From contig OZ218953.1 of NCBI GenBank assembly GCA_965112735.1, positions 1,488,001-1,552,000 of the forward strand: a DNA stretch of 64,000 nt, written 5' to 3'. This document shows positions 36,585 to 48,080 of the stretch, in pieces. Positions within the stretch are counted from its first letter, which is position 1, and every line of letters begins with the position of its first letter. Below the pieces are notes generated by a model. The model was given only the letters and a program-made list of their open reading frames with translations, searched no databases and had not been told where the DNA came from. This stretch comes from Phaeosaccion multiseriatum. Lineage: Eukaryota; Protista; Ochrophyta, other classes. The translations under genes were made by a program, and so were the position numbers.

Positions 36585-39241
36585 ATGCCTTTTCATCCCA
36601 ATAGCTGTAGCTGGTGTATGAGGCTTCCGATAGGCAAGAAAGACGCAGAGGAAAGTGGCAAAAAAGACGGAAAATTTTCCGTCTGCAGCAGGTGCTTGCA
36701 CGTCGCGTATTGCTCAACCCAGTGCCAAAAAGCCCATTTGGAGACGCACAAAGATTTTTGCATGGGGATAGAGAAGCTGAGAAAGGATCCTGTCACCCAA
36801 GACTTGCTGCAGGAGCAAACTTTTCCTTCTCAAAGAGACTTGGTGAGATGGGAAGTCGTAGTAGCCTCTCCGAGAAATGAGAAGAGGGAGAGGAAAGAAG
36901 CAACGAAGGAGAGAATGAAGAGGGAAGAGATGAGAGACTTTTAATACGCGACAACCGCCACCGCCCCCTCTCCCCTCCCTTCTCTTCCCTATTCCCGCGT
37001 CTCTTGCGGTACTGTAACTCTTTCCCAACTCGCTTCCCCAGGGTATGCACAAGCTCGACACCCTCACGGCCCTTGAGTTTGCTATTGGAAGAAACCTCGA
37101 GCCGGACGAAAAGGTACGCGCGGAAGTCAACATCCAGACATGATCTTCCATCAGCCGACTGGGCTTAACTGTGCCTCCTTCCTCTCTTGATCTCCCTCCG
37201 TCAGACCACTGTCCTTCACCAGCGCAGCTGCTGTGTCTGCTGGAAAATCCACAGCGTGGATCTTCTGCCCTGTCCCCACTGCTTTGGCGTGTCGTTCTGC
37301 CGAGGCCACATGAAGGAGGTGAGCTGAAAGACGCTCTGTGACTTTGGACGAAGTAGTCAGGGCCAGCCCCAAAAAGATGTACCAAGAGATGCACCGTACC
37401 ACCTAACGAATGCCACCTCGACCTCTATTCTCTTCACTTGCTTGCTCGCCTGCTTGGACTGCCACCACCTGCAGGCCGTCGCTAAGCACCACGCGCACTG
37501 CGCCGAGTATCTGCTGAGTTTGACCACGGACGTGAAGCTACTCGCGAGGCAGGGTGACGCAAGCCAAGGCCAAGGGCCAGGCCAAACCGACTCGGAGCCC
37601 TGGTCCTTCCAACCATCTCCGTCGCCCCCGCCGGACTTTGACCCCTCGCATTCCTCTTCTTCCTCCTCTTCCTCCTCCTCCCGCTACCCAAGGACGTGGG
37701 CGGATTACTTCTGTCGGAGGCAAGGGAGGAAGAGAGAGGGAGAGGACGAGGGGCTCGAGGAGCGGGGGAGGGTGACCACTGCGCTGCTGACGGCGGAGGC
37801 CACGTATCCGATGACGCTCGTCTTTCTGGCACTTCGGCTACGGTCGGAGCGAGAGCAGGTAAGCCGTGGTTCATATAAACTACGGCTTTTTTGTGGGTGG
37901 ACTACTTTTCTTCACTAACTACGCTCCTATCCTACCCCTCCGAAAAAGGCGACCCCAGCCCGGCGTATGAACTCGCTCACCGTTGCTATTATTGGAGCGG
38001 GAATGGTGGTGAGTATGGAGCACGCGGCAAGGACCGTCCTGCACTGCTATGTGCTTGTCCCTCGATTGATTCCGCACTGTTCGCTGTACTTCTCCTTTCT
38101 TCGCTTCAATTCACGCTAAAGTATTGCCCAGATTCCTTCCCTCTCATTGCTTGCCCTGAATGAATGAATGAATGAATGAATGAATGTGTGTGTATGTACG
38201 TGTGTGCGTGCGTGCGTCAGCCCGACGTTCAGCCCGAAAGCCGTTATGAAGAGGTGCTACACATGCTACCACACATCAAGTGAGTGCGGGGCCGAGACAC
38301 GCGGAGGGAGCGCAGCGGTGGTGAGCTCTCTGCCCATGCTCGCAGCAGCGACTACTCTGTTTCTGCACAAATGGACGGAGAAATGGCGCCTACATTTTCG
38401 CTCACACGGAACTCCGTAATCTCTCCCCTCCCCTCCCCTCCCCTCAGGGTCCTTCGGCTCGTGATGATCGGGCCTTCTCTGCCCTCGGAGCTCGACAAGA
38501 CTGAGCTCAGACCAGGGTAAGCACGTCCTGCTGCAAGTACATATACAGCCCTCCTCGCTCGCTCATTCTCGTGTCCCGCCCCCTCCCTCTCTCCTCCCTC
38601 TTGGTTCATTCTCCGTGCCCCTCAGTCTGTGCCCGGCCTGCGTCGCTGCCGGTCGGTCAGTCGTGATCCACTTCTCCAACAGGCTATACCATCAGCACGT
38701 GGACTCACAGGCGTTCGACGACGCAGTGGGGGATGGCGCCAATGATGGGGGGGGCACCACCAACACCACTACCACCAACTACTACCCAGCCCCAGACTTT
38801 GCCGTCGCCTTCCACGCTGGGCTGTACCAAACGTGGGCCGACGAGGGTGGAGAGCACTGGAGTGCCACCCTCCGCCGCCTCTCCAGCAGCGGCCTGCCCA
38901 CTGCCTTCACTTCCTTCAACTCAGCCGAGTGCCGGGCAGATGCAAAGTGCTGGAGGGATGCGGCAGCGGCAGCGGCAGCGGCGCACGGACGCGACGGAGG
39001 AGGCGAAGGAGATGGCCTGACTGGCGTTGGCATCCCCCCCTGTCGGAACCCTTTCCGCAGCCTCAAGCCGCATCGGGAGCCCTTCCACACGAATGAGTTC
39101 TACAGCTGGAATGCTTGCCTCTTCACGAGCAAGGGCTTTGCGCCTCTGGCCAGCGAAGATGGCGCCCTGAGCTACTGCGACGAGAGAGAGGCGGGCCATG
39201 TCGATGTCGATATCGATGCGCAGCTCCTCGTACACCGATGA
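36585..39241 (+). CDS. MYND zinc finger protein with MSS51-like C-terminal domain, multi-exon
   Basis: CSWC...CSRCLHVAYCSTQCQKAHLETHKDFC is a MYND finger. TWADYF, TYPMTL, VAIIGAG, YEEVLHMLP, LVMIGP, LYHQ, PDFAVAFHAGL, FTSFN, NPFRSL...N are typical of the MSS51 C-terminal domain. Confidence 0.85.
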
Positions 39242-39511
39242 AAGCACTCATCAGTAGCTCTGCCAGGCCCATGCAGCACCTCCACAGGGGCTCGCTCCTG
39301 CAAGGCGCACGCTTGTTAGGCGCACGCTTGTTTTGCGTTCCATCCACACAGCCTGACGACTCCGGGTGCGAAGTGCCAACAACAATCCCACTAGCAGGCA
39401 TCATAAATACCAAAGCCTTCTAGCAAGCCGAGGAGAGAACGTTCACGTCCAAGCCGAGCTCGTTCTTATTCCTTTCCCTTTCCCTCCCGGGGTGGGGGGG
39501 GACAAGCTCCC

Positions 39512-41313
39512 TCACCCCGAGGGGGCAAGCTTTCCTATCATCCCCTCCAGCTCGCTCACCACCTCTCCCATGGAGGGCCGCTTCCCGGGCTCCGTCTGCC
39601 ACATGCGCTGCATCAGCTCCACGAGGCCATCGTGCCACTCTCCCCCTACTCGTCCTCCTCCTTTGCCGTCTTCGTCGTCGTGAAGATCCTTATGGGGAGT
39701 GAACCAAGTGTCCTGTTGCACCTCACGGAAACGCCGGGGCAGCTGGGCATAGAGGAACGCCACAGCAATGAGAGAGAGGGAGAGAGAGGGAGGGGCGGAG
39801 GGGCGCAAAGGGAGAGGGAGGGGCGGAGGGGGGCAAACAGAGAGGGAGGGGGGGAGGGGGGCAAAGAGAGAGGGAGAGAGAGGGAGGGGGGGAGGGGCGG
39901 GGGTCAGTAGGAGGCGAAGGAGAAAGCGTCGGGGTCCGATGTCGAATTGATTGATTGCGGGTAGGGGAGAGCTCAACACACGATTGTTGGAAGAAACGGA
40001 GGGACGACGCGGCCTTCCACTCGCCAGCTAATCTTACGTACGTACCCAAGGGCGCCGTCCTGCCAGAATGTCTTGTTGATAGCTGTAGTCCTTTTCGCCG
40101 TCCCGATGCCGCTCAAAGGGGTGCATGCCTCCGAACAGGGACCAGAAGATGAGTGCCGTGGAGTAGACATCGATCGATTGGTCCAGCGTGTTGTGCGAGG
40201 TGAACTCCTCAGGGGCCCTCCAGATGCCCTTTGCCTTTGCCACGTGGACCGTGCAGTGGGCAGTAGGCTGGTGGTGGTGGGTATCGGGGAGGCCCAAGAA
40301 GCGAAGACGGTTGAGATCGTTGATCTTCCACGTACCGTCCACGTCCTGAGCCGTGTATGTGTGCGTGCGTGCGTGCGTGTGCGTGCGTGGGTGTGTGGGT
40401 GGTTGTGGTTGAGGGTGAGGAACGAGGAAAAGAGTTAATAAATCGAGGAGGTAAGAGGCGCGTAGTCTTAGACTTCTTTGTAGGGTTCGTCTCAATCGAG
40501 AGAGAACCAACATGCTCACTGGCGGCCTCAGGGAAGGAAGCAAGAGGGGCGGAGTTCTTGAAGGTCTGCTACATATATACTTGCTTGCATGATCTGGCGG
40601 GGCTGAAGATCGGCGTGGACGATCGGGCCTCCCGAAGCCGAATGCATGCCTGCAACTCCTAAGAGGGGGACGTGAATGTCAGAGGTTGGAAAGAGAATCA
40701 ATGGGGCAAGAGCCGGAGAGGGGGCGAGCGGGAAAGGCGGCTTCCAGATGTCGGGGATCGGTCACTTGCTGCCCCCCCCCCCTATCCGTCGGGCCTTCGA
40801 GGACCGACCGGGCTCAACAGCTCACCTCTGGCCACTTGCAAGGCGATGGAGAGTCGCTCCTCATTGCCCAGAGTGGGCTGTCTCTCGAGCACATCCTCCA
40901 GACTTCTTGGCAGGTAAGGGGTGACAATGTCATAGTTGCAGTACCCCAACAGTGGCACTATGTGAGGCTCCTGGCAGAGGGTCAGTGTGGCGGGTTTGAG
41001 AGAGCTCATAGGGTAGGTTAGGAGGCAGTCCTCTCCGCGGAAAAATTTGGGCTCTGCGCTTCGCTCCGGAAAGCAAATCAACTCGAGCCGTCAAGGAAGG
41101 CCCATGCAAATTGGAATACGGGTAGGGGAGGTTGTCCCCCCTGGAAAGGCTAGTTTGTCCCCCCTGGAAAAGCTAGTGAAGTCGTCTCACCTCGCGGAGA
41201 TACCACAGCGCCGCCGCTTCCCAACGATGCCTTTTGAGGTTCCTGTCATTCCTGTCGTGCTTGCTCTTCATCTTCTTGTACACAACGTCTCTGGTTCAGA
41301 AGCATGGTTGTGA

Positions 41314-41345
<32 letters not shown>

Positions 41346-42186
41346 CAGCAGAGAGGAAGAAGTGGGTGGTAGAGTAGGGCAGGTGAGGACTAAGCTTCCA
41401 TACGCTCGGGCTTGACGAAAGGGTCAGCAGTCTTGTGTGACAGAGGGCGCGGCCAAAGAACCAGGCCTTCTCTCTCCCCACATCTACGTGTCCGCTTCTG
41501 GGAGGGATATCCTCTCGCACCTTCCCCGATAACTGGTGCGAAACACATCTCTCCAGAAGCCGTCATTGATGAGGCGTCCGGGGGAGGTACGGTACATGTC
41601 CTGCATGGCGTCGCAACCCCACAGAGAGGTCTCGTTCATGAGAGTGAGCGACGCCAGGGGACTGAGAGAGAGGGGGAAGGGGGGGAAGGGGAGAGGGGGA
41701 GGTGGGGGGGGATGAGGACTGCGTGGATTAGATGGACGTCTCTAAAATCCCCTCTCTCCCCCCTCTAAATTTGCCTACCACTAACCTCGCGATGCATCCT
41801 TTAGCCATCCTCAGCGAGGGTGATCGATGTTCGACGACCGCTCTGGTAACCTCCCGGAGAAGACTCTTGCCGAAGTAAAACAGCAAAGTTCCGGTTAACA
41901 AGAACAACACGGCCTTGTTTCCGTGCGAGAGAGAGTGAGAGGGAGGGAGAGGGAGAGGGAGAGGGAGAGGGAGCGAGAGAGAGAGAGAGAGAGAGCGAGA
42001 GAGACAGAGGGAGAGACAGAGAGACAGGAGAGAAGAGAAGAGAGTGAGAGAGGGAGATAAAATAAGGGCCCATTATTATCTTCTTGTGTCCCATACCAGA
42101 GCGATGGAAAGTCGAACCCGCTCCTTGTGAAGTGCCTCCCGCAGCTTGTCCTCCTTCTCCCCTCGCTGTGAAGACGGCGAATTCAT
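39512..42186 (-). CDS. Type II membrane atypical protein kinase, VLK/PKDCC-POMK-like
   Basis: TM anchor LSIAL|AVLFLLTGTLLFYFG; LINDGFWRDVF (G-loop); VVYKKM; HRWEAAAL; HIVPLLGYC; IVHADLQPRQ; KINDLNR; WRAPEE; DVYS; WQTEPGKRPS. The start codon could lie further upstream (about 42300). Confidence 0.8.
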
Positions 42187-42375
42187 GATGAGCACCCCGG
42201 CTTCGTCGTCATGCCATCTCTGGATCGGATTCGGCTTGCTTTTTCTGGAGGGAAAGCGGAGGGAACTCCCTCGCCAACCATGAACTTGGAGAACCAACAT
42301 GCGATCTTGTGAGGCGCTCCTGTGGGTGGCGATATCGGATTTATAAGACCACAAGATCACTACATCTTGAGAACG

Positions 42376-43121
42376 ATGGGAAAGGTCAATACGAAGCCGA
42401 AGAAGGCAAAGTCTGCTGCATCAGCAGGTAAAGAAGAGAGAGAAGGAAGAAGGGAAGCGGACCCTCCTCTCTCCCCTCCTCTCCCCTCCTCTCCCCTCCC
42501 CTCTAACCTCCTCCCGCCCCTCCTTCTCCCCTCACAGGTGGGAAAGGCCTCAACAAGGGTGGGAAAGCAGTGAATACAAGCGGCCTTGTGCCCCTTAATA
42601 GTAGTAGTGCTGCTACCGGGTCTGATGCCCCTGCTGCTACCACACGATCGCTCAGCCGCGGCCAGCGGAAGCGCAAGCAGAAAAGCCTCAAGGCCCAAGC
42701 CAAGAAGAAGGAGTTTTCGCCGGAGGTCCTTGCCAAGCTCAAGAAGGAGGTACAGGCCCAACAACAGGCGCTGAAGAAGGGCAAGGGTAAGGGCAAGGGC
42801 GCTGGAGGTGAAGGTGGGGGTGGTGGGGCACTGGGCAGCCTGAGCTCTTCCCTCATGGACTCACTCATGGAGGACGATGGAGCGGCGAGTACTGGGGAGG
42901 GGGATAGCGGCCGCTCTGGGAAGAAAGCGAAAGCCAAGGTCGTCCCCTTCAAGCTCGTAACCTCGGACAGAGTAGTAAGCAACCGTGGCAAGAAGAATGT
43001 CCTCTCGCTGGAGCTGGGGCAGCTCGGTGCGGTGATGAATCACCCCGCCTTTGTGGAGAATCCCTTTGCTACCATCCAGCACCACTTGCAGGCGAAGCTT
43101 GATGAGAAACAGCAGCACTAG
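42376..43121 (+). CDS. SLX9: Ribosome biogenesis protein SLX9/FAM207A homologue (2 exons)
   Basis: Basic protein with LSRGQRKR and a C-terminal ELGQLGAVMNHPAFVENPFATIQHHL signature. Intron about 42428-42537. Confidence 0.8.
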
Positions 43122-44925
43122 CAGCGGTAGCGAGGAAAGTGAGTGAGAATCTCCCTTGGCGGATGGATGCCAAAGGGGGGGGGGAGGGGGCAGAAAGTCG
43201 CGTCGAAATGCTGTACGTGTGACGCCCTACAGATGTAGGAACAGCGCCGCAGCAGCTGCTCCACTCCCTCCGGATCCTCCACACGGTTGCCTAAGGTCAT
43301 GGTCACTACTGTGGCTGAGTGTCGGAGACAGTCGAAGACAGGCGCCCGTGTGTGGATCGTGCGGATGGTCAGTGTTGGCGACGTCCCAAGAGGGCCCCGA
43401 CCCAGCAGGCACATCGGGGGGTGGGGTGGGACCATTCACTCTTTGCCTTCGGTCTTCCGGTCAGTCTTCTGGTCAGTTCGCGCGAGTCTTTCAGAGACTG
43501 AGAGGGGGCAGATGACAAGGTCGGCGAGACACTTCTCAGAGGTGCAGAGGGGACTTGGCAGCAGTGAAGTGAAGAGGTGCACCGCAGGCTCAAGGACGTA
43601 TGGTAGGGTCCCGATGCTGCTCCGGTGGTGCTTCCCATCCATGTCGCCTCGGCCTCCGCCAGTCGCAGCCCCACCCCGTTGGGTCACACTTACTCCGAGA
43701 TTCTCGCGGGTGTTGTGTTGCGGAGCAGGCCTACGGGCCTACGGACCGTGTTTCTGTGCGGCAAGGCAAGCGCTACTCGGCGGGAAGATGAGACGGCGTA
43801 GCTTCCAGTTCTCCATGGGCCCTGTTGAAGTGGTTTTTGGAAATGGTACTCTCCAGTGCACAACCTTCCAGTGCACAAGGGCCTGAGGGTTATGGAAGGC
43901 AGGGAGGGGCCTGCCTTCCTCTTCAATAGGGCCTGACGTCGGGTGCAAAGGTGTAGCGTTCCCTTGCGACACAGTGCGGTGGGTATGCGGGATGCAGAAG
44001 GTAGATATTTAGCCCTCTGTCCATTTACAAATACATACATCCACATACGTACAACTAGTTGTGTCTCTTCTGCTTTGCCAGCAGCGTCTGCTGACACCTT
44101 CCACCTATTACTACTAGCCTGTAGGCCCCACAACCTCACCCTTTTGTGCCCTTTGGGTCCATGCAGTGTGCCATCCCAGCCTCAGCCAACAAGTGGCGCA
44201 AGCACAAGGGCTCGCTCAGGAGCAGAGCAAAGCAGCGCACAACCTGCAAAGTGTTTCCCTCCGCCCCGCCCCGCCCCTTCCCTGCGCTTGAAATGGCATC
44301 CTCTCTCTCCTTCGTCTCCTCCTCTCGGCTGGGTCAGTTCTCTTATCTCTCGCCCCTGTACCCGTTCCCCTTACGCCAGACCACCCCCCCCCCCCCTCTC
44401 TCTATCTGTCTCTCTGTCTGTTGCGGGAGGGAGGTCAGCGCCACATACACACACAGGCCAAGTGCCGCGGTGCTTCTTGCCCCGGAGCGGGGATGCCCTC
44501 GTCCATGAGAGAGGGAAGATAGCGAAGGATTTACGCGGGAGAGTGGGGTCTTCGTCGTCCACCGTCGAAGTGGATCCAAACTCAAATTTTCGGCGCGACT
44601 CTTGTCGCCATCGAGTCTACGAGGTGTTGAGGTGACAGGGCCCCACCCTCGTCCACCCCTCCGGTCCTTGTGCCGCTCTTCGTCCCACCGAGTACCGCCG
44701 CATCTCTACGAGGGCGGAGATAGACTCCCTTCCCTTTTGTCTCATGCATTGGCGTCAGGGCTCCAGTAGGAGACCTGACGAGCGATCAAAGTCCGCTGCG
44801 CAGTCTGCTGACACGCAGACAGACAGCGGCTCGGTCAGTAAGTCAGTCAGTCGGTCGGTCGGTCGGTCGGTCGATCGGTCATTCAGCAGCCAGTTAGTCG
44901 GTCAGTCCGTCAGTCAGTCGGGCAA

Positions 44926-45933
44926 TCAGTCCGTAGGGCTGGCGTGGTCCAATGCGGCCTCGAACAGCGCCTCCGCCAGCACAAGCTCCACCTCCTCTCC
45001 CAGCGGTCCCAGGGCTCTCAGAGCCAGCTTTCGGACGTGAGCCCTCAAGGCCTCTGGGGGCTCGTGGACAAGGGAAGTGGTCCAGGCCAGCGCTCTCGCT
45101 ACAGCCAACACACCCGTCTTTTGGTGCTGCTGCCGCTGTCGCTGTTGCTGGCGTGGCTGCTCCAACGCCTTGAGCGCGTGAGGGAGCACGAGACCACGAA
45201 GGAGCAACGCGTCAGCCAGTGATTGGCTCTGGCAGTGGTGGATGAAGGCGGCGAGGAGGTGCCAGTCCAGAGTGGACACGTCCAAGTGACGACGCTCCTC
45301 ATCAAAGCAGACCGTCCATTCGTAGGCCTGAAGCTCTCGTGCCCTCCTCGTGAGGGGCAGGGGAAACAGAGACAATGGGACTGCCACGTTCGTTTTCGAC
45401 TGGCTCTGATACAGCACCCCATTTCTCTCACTGCCCCTCCCCATGCTCTCCTCGCCAGCGGCAGGGATGGCCAAGACCTTTTGCAAATCGGAGCAAAATG
45501 CAGCAAGTGCGCTCTCCACCACCGCCTCACCGCCTGCAGAAGCTCCGCCAGACGGCCTTTTGCGCGTAGCAATACCCGGAGTACTAGCCGTGGTAGTCGT
45601 GACCCGCTCACAAGGTGCTGGTGGGACAATGAAGGCAGGCGCGACGAGCACCGCGGTATGTAGGCCAAACACGGCAGGCACCAGCTCCCCGTCGTCCAGC
45701 CCTGTCAGCCCCCGCACCTCCTCATCAGTCTCCACGAACGGCAGCCTCATCCACTTCAATTTCAACTGTGTGCCCTCCTCTGGACCCGCTTGACACAGCT
45801 GGCTCCCCCATGAAGTGTTGTCCTCTTCACCTTCCGCATCTTCTGATGTTCGTCGCTGTTCCTCTACAATGGCTCGAATAGAGGGGGGCAGAGAAGCAAG
45901 GGCTTCATCGTCGTCCTCGCTCCCGACCTCCAT
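44926..45933 (-). CDS. Hypothetical helical protein (weak resemblance to the FANCE C-terminal domain)
   Basis: 335-aa ATG-initiated ORF downstream of a poly-A tract, with a Leu-rich helical C-terminal half (LLLRGLVLPHALKALEQP). It may contain introns or have further exons. Confidence 0.5.
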   Translation of the reverse strand: MEVGSEDDDEALASLPPSIRAIVEEQRRTSEDAEGEEDNTSWGSQLCQAGPEEGTQLKLKWMRLPFVETDEEVRGLTGLDDGELVPAVFGLHTAVLVAPAFIVPPAPCERVTTTTASTPGIATRKRPSGGASAGGEAVVESALAAFCSDLQKVLAIPAAGEESMGRGSERNGVLYQSQSKTNVAVPLSLFPLPLTRRARELQAYEWTVCFDEERRHLDVSTLDWHLLAAFIHHCQSQSLADALLLRGLVLPHALKALEQPRQQQRQRQQHQKTGVLAVARALAWTTSLVHEPPEALRAHVRKLALRALGPLGEEVELVLAEALFEAALDHASPTD

Positions 45934-46112
45934 TTCTCTCTTCGATCTTCTCTCTCTTTTTTTTTTTTTTGCTGCTGGTCGACAACGAGTGGCGGAAACC
46001 CCCTTTCCCTTGTCCCAGCACCGCTGAGCGATTGAACCAAAAAAGCAAAAAAGGCATAGCTTTCCCTCCCTCCCTTCCTTCCTCCTCTCCTCGCGTTCTT
46101 GCCAAGGACCCT

Positions 46113-48037
46113 ATGCATCGAGGCAGGGAGGCGGGGGCGGCGACGGAAGAGCGGCCGGGAGGGCGAAGGAGGAGGCCAAGGCCTGCTTCTTGGCGGCCTC
46201 AGAGCCTGCTGCTGGGAGTGGCGGGGCTGCTGCCTCTTGGCGCCGGACTCTTGGTGGCGGACCTCCAGCCCTGCAAAGGAGGTGCTCATCACCAGCAGAG
46301 ACAGAGGCAGGCGAGGAGGGAGGCAGCGTGCGCCACAAGTGACCAGGGGAGGGAGTGGAGGAGGGCTTGTGGCAGCAGTGGCAGCAGCAGCAGCCTCTGC
46401 AGCAGGAGCCTGAGTTGCAGTGAGGACAGCATGAGCCACAGTGAGGATAGCGGTACCGCTAGTGGTGGCAGTAGCAGAAGCAGCAGGAGCAACAGGAGCA
46501 CAAATAGCGGCATCCGCAGAGGCTCCCGCAACGGCAGAAATCTCGGCCAGAGCAACAGTAGCAGCAGCGGCAGCAGCAGCGGGAGGAATAGACGGAGCAG
46601 CCGTATGAGCAGCAGTAGGAGTAGCAGTGGGGTACGCACTAGCAACGGTGGCAACTTTGCCACGCTCCAGGAGCAGCAGGGGTGTCCCCACGTGCTAAAA
46701 ATCGAGGAGAAGGTGATGTACCTGACCAAGGAGCTTGGGCTGACCGAGGAAGAGGTGCAGGGCATTCTCCAAGTGCCAGGCCTCCGAAAGGTGGTGCGGG
46801 TAACGAGCCTGAGTAAGATGCGCTCTGTGGTGGCCGTGCTGACCGAAGAGATGGAGGGCGCGACGCCGAGGGAAGTGGGCCTCGCTCTGCCGAGACTGCT
46901 GGGGCCGAGCATAGAAGGCACCATCAAGCCGAGGTTGGCGCGAATGAAAGAGCACGGTATCCGGCCGGACTTCCGCATGCACCAAACAAAATTTAGGCAC
47001 AACTTTCGGAGCGAGGACTTCGATCAGTGGTTGCTCCAGGCACTGCGCCAACAGCAGCAGCAGCAGCTGCGAGCGGCTGGTGGGGGCGAGGGAGGGGCTT
47101 TACCCGAGGACTCCCTCCTGGAGGAAAAGAAGCAGTGGTTCATGCGCGACTTGGGCTTGACCGAGGAGGAGTGGAGCGGCCTGTTCAACTCGGGCCGGAG
47201 AGCCAAGGCTATCCAAGAGGTGTCACTGGACAAGATGAGATCGGTGGCTGCTCTGTTGCGGGAGGAAATGAGCGAAGCCACTCCGCGGGCGCTGGGGCTG
47301 GCGCTGCCTCGCTTGATCAAGTCCAGCATTGAGCGCACCATAAAGCCTCGACTGGCGCGGATTAGGGACATGGGCATCTCGCGACCCCAATTTCGCACCT
47401 ACGCCAGGGCGGTGTGCAGCGGCGACTTTACAGACAAGGAGTTTGAGGCCTGGGTGGCGGAAGGTCCGCGCCTGACTGGGGCCGAGAGCATGGAAGAGAA
47501 GAGGGTGTGGTGCACCAAGGCACTGGGGCTGAGAGAGGAGGAGTGGGAGGGCTTTATGAGCGACAAGAACACCGCCAAGAGGCTTCGAGGCACCTCCCTG
47601 GCCAAGATGAAGGCGTTGGTGGAGGCGTTGGGGGACGGTATGGAGGGCGCCACACCAAGGGAGGTGGGGAGGATGCTTCCCCACTTGGTGTACGCGGTGA
47701 TTGGCAACACCGTCAAGCGGCGGCTGGAGTGGATGCGGGAGATGGGGGTGGAGCCGTCCTTCCACACGCACGCGAGGAGGCTGTGCCTCAACGGCAACGA
47801 TGAAGCCTTCAAGACTTGGGTCCTCCGAGGAGCTCCAGCGCGGAGAAATCAGGTACGCCGTGGGGGGGGTCAAGAGGTGGCGCGGGGAGCGGCGAGGGAG
47901 AAGAGAGGTGGTCCACAGATTGCCCAGAGCAAGTTGTTCTTTTGCTCCTTCCTCTCCCCGCCGCGCGGAGGACTTTGTTCCATGCTCCCTGCGGCGCTCT
48001 CTCTGTCGCTCACATCTTTTCTGCTCCCATGTGCCCC

Positions 48038-48080
<43 letters not shown>

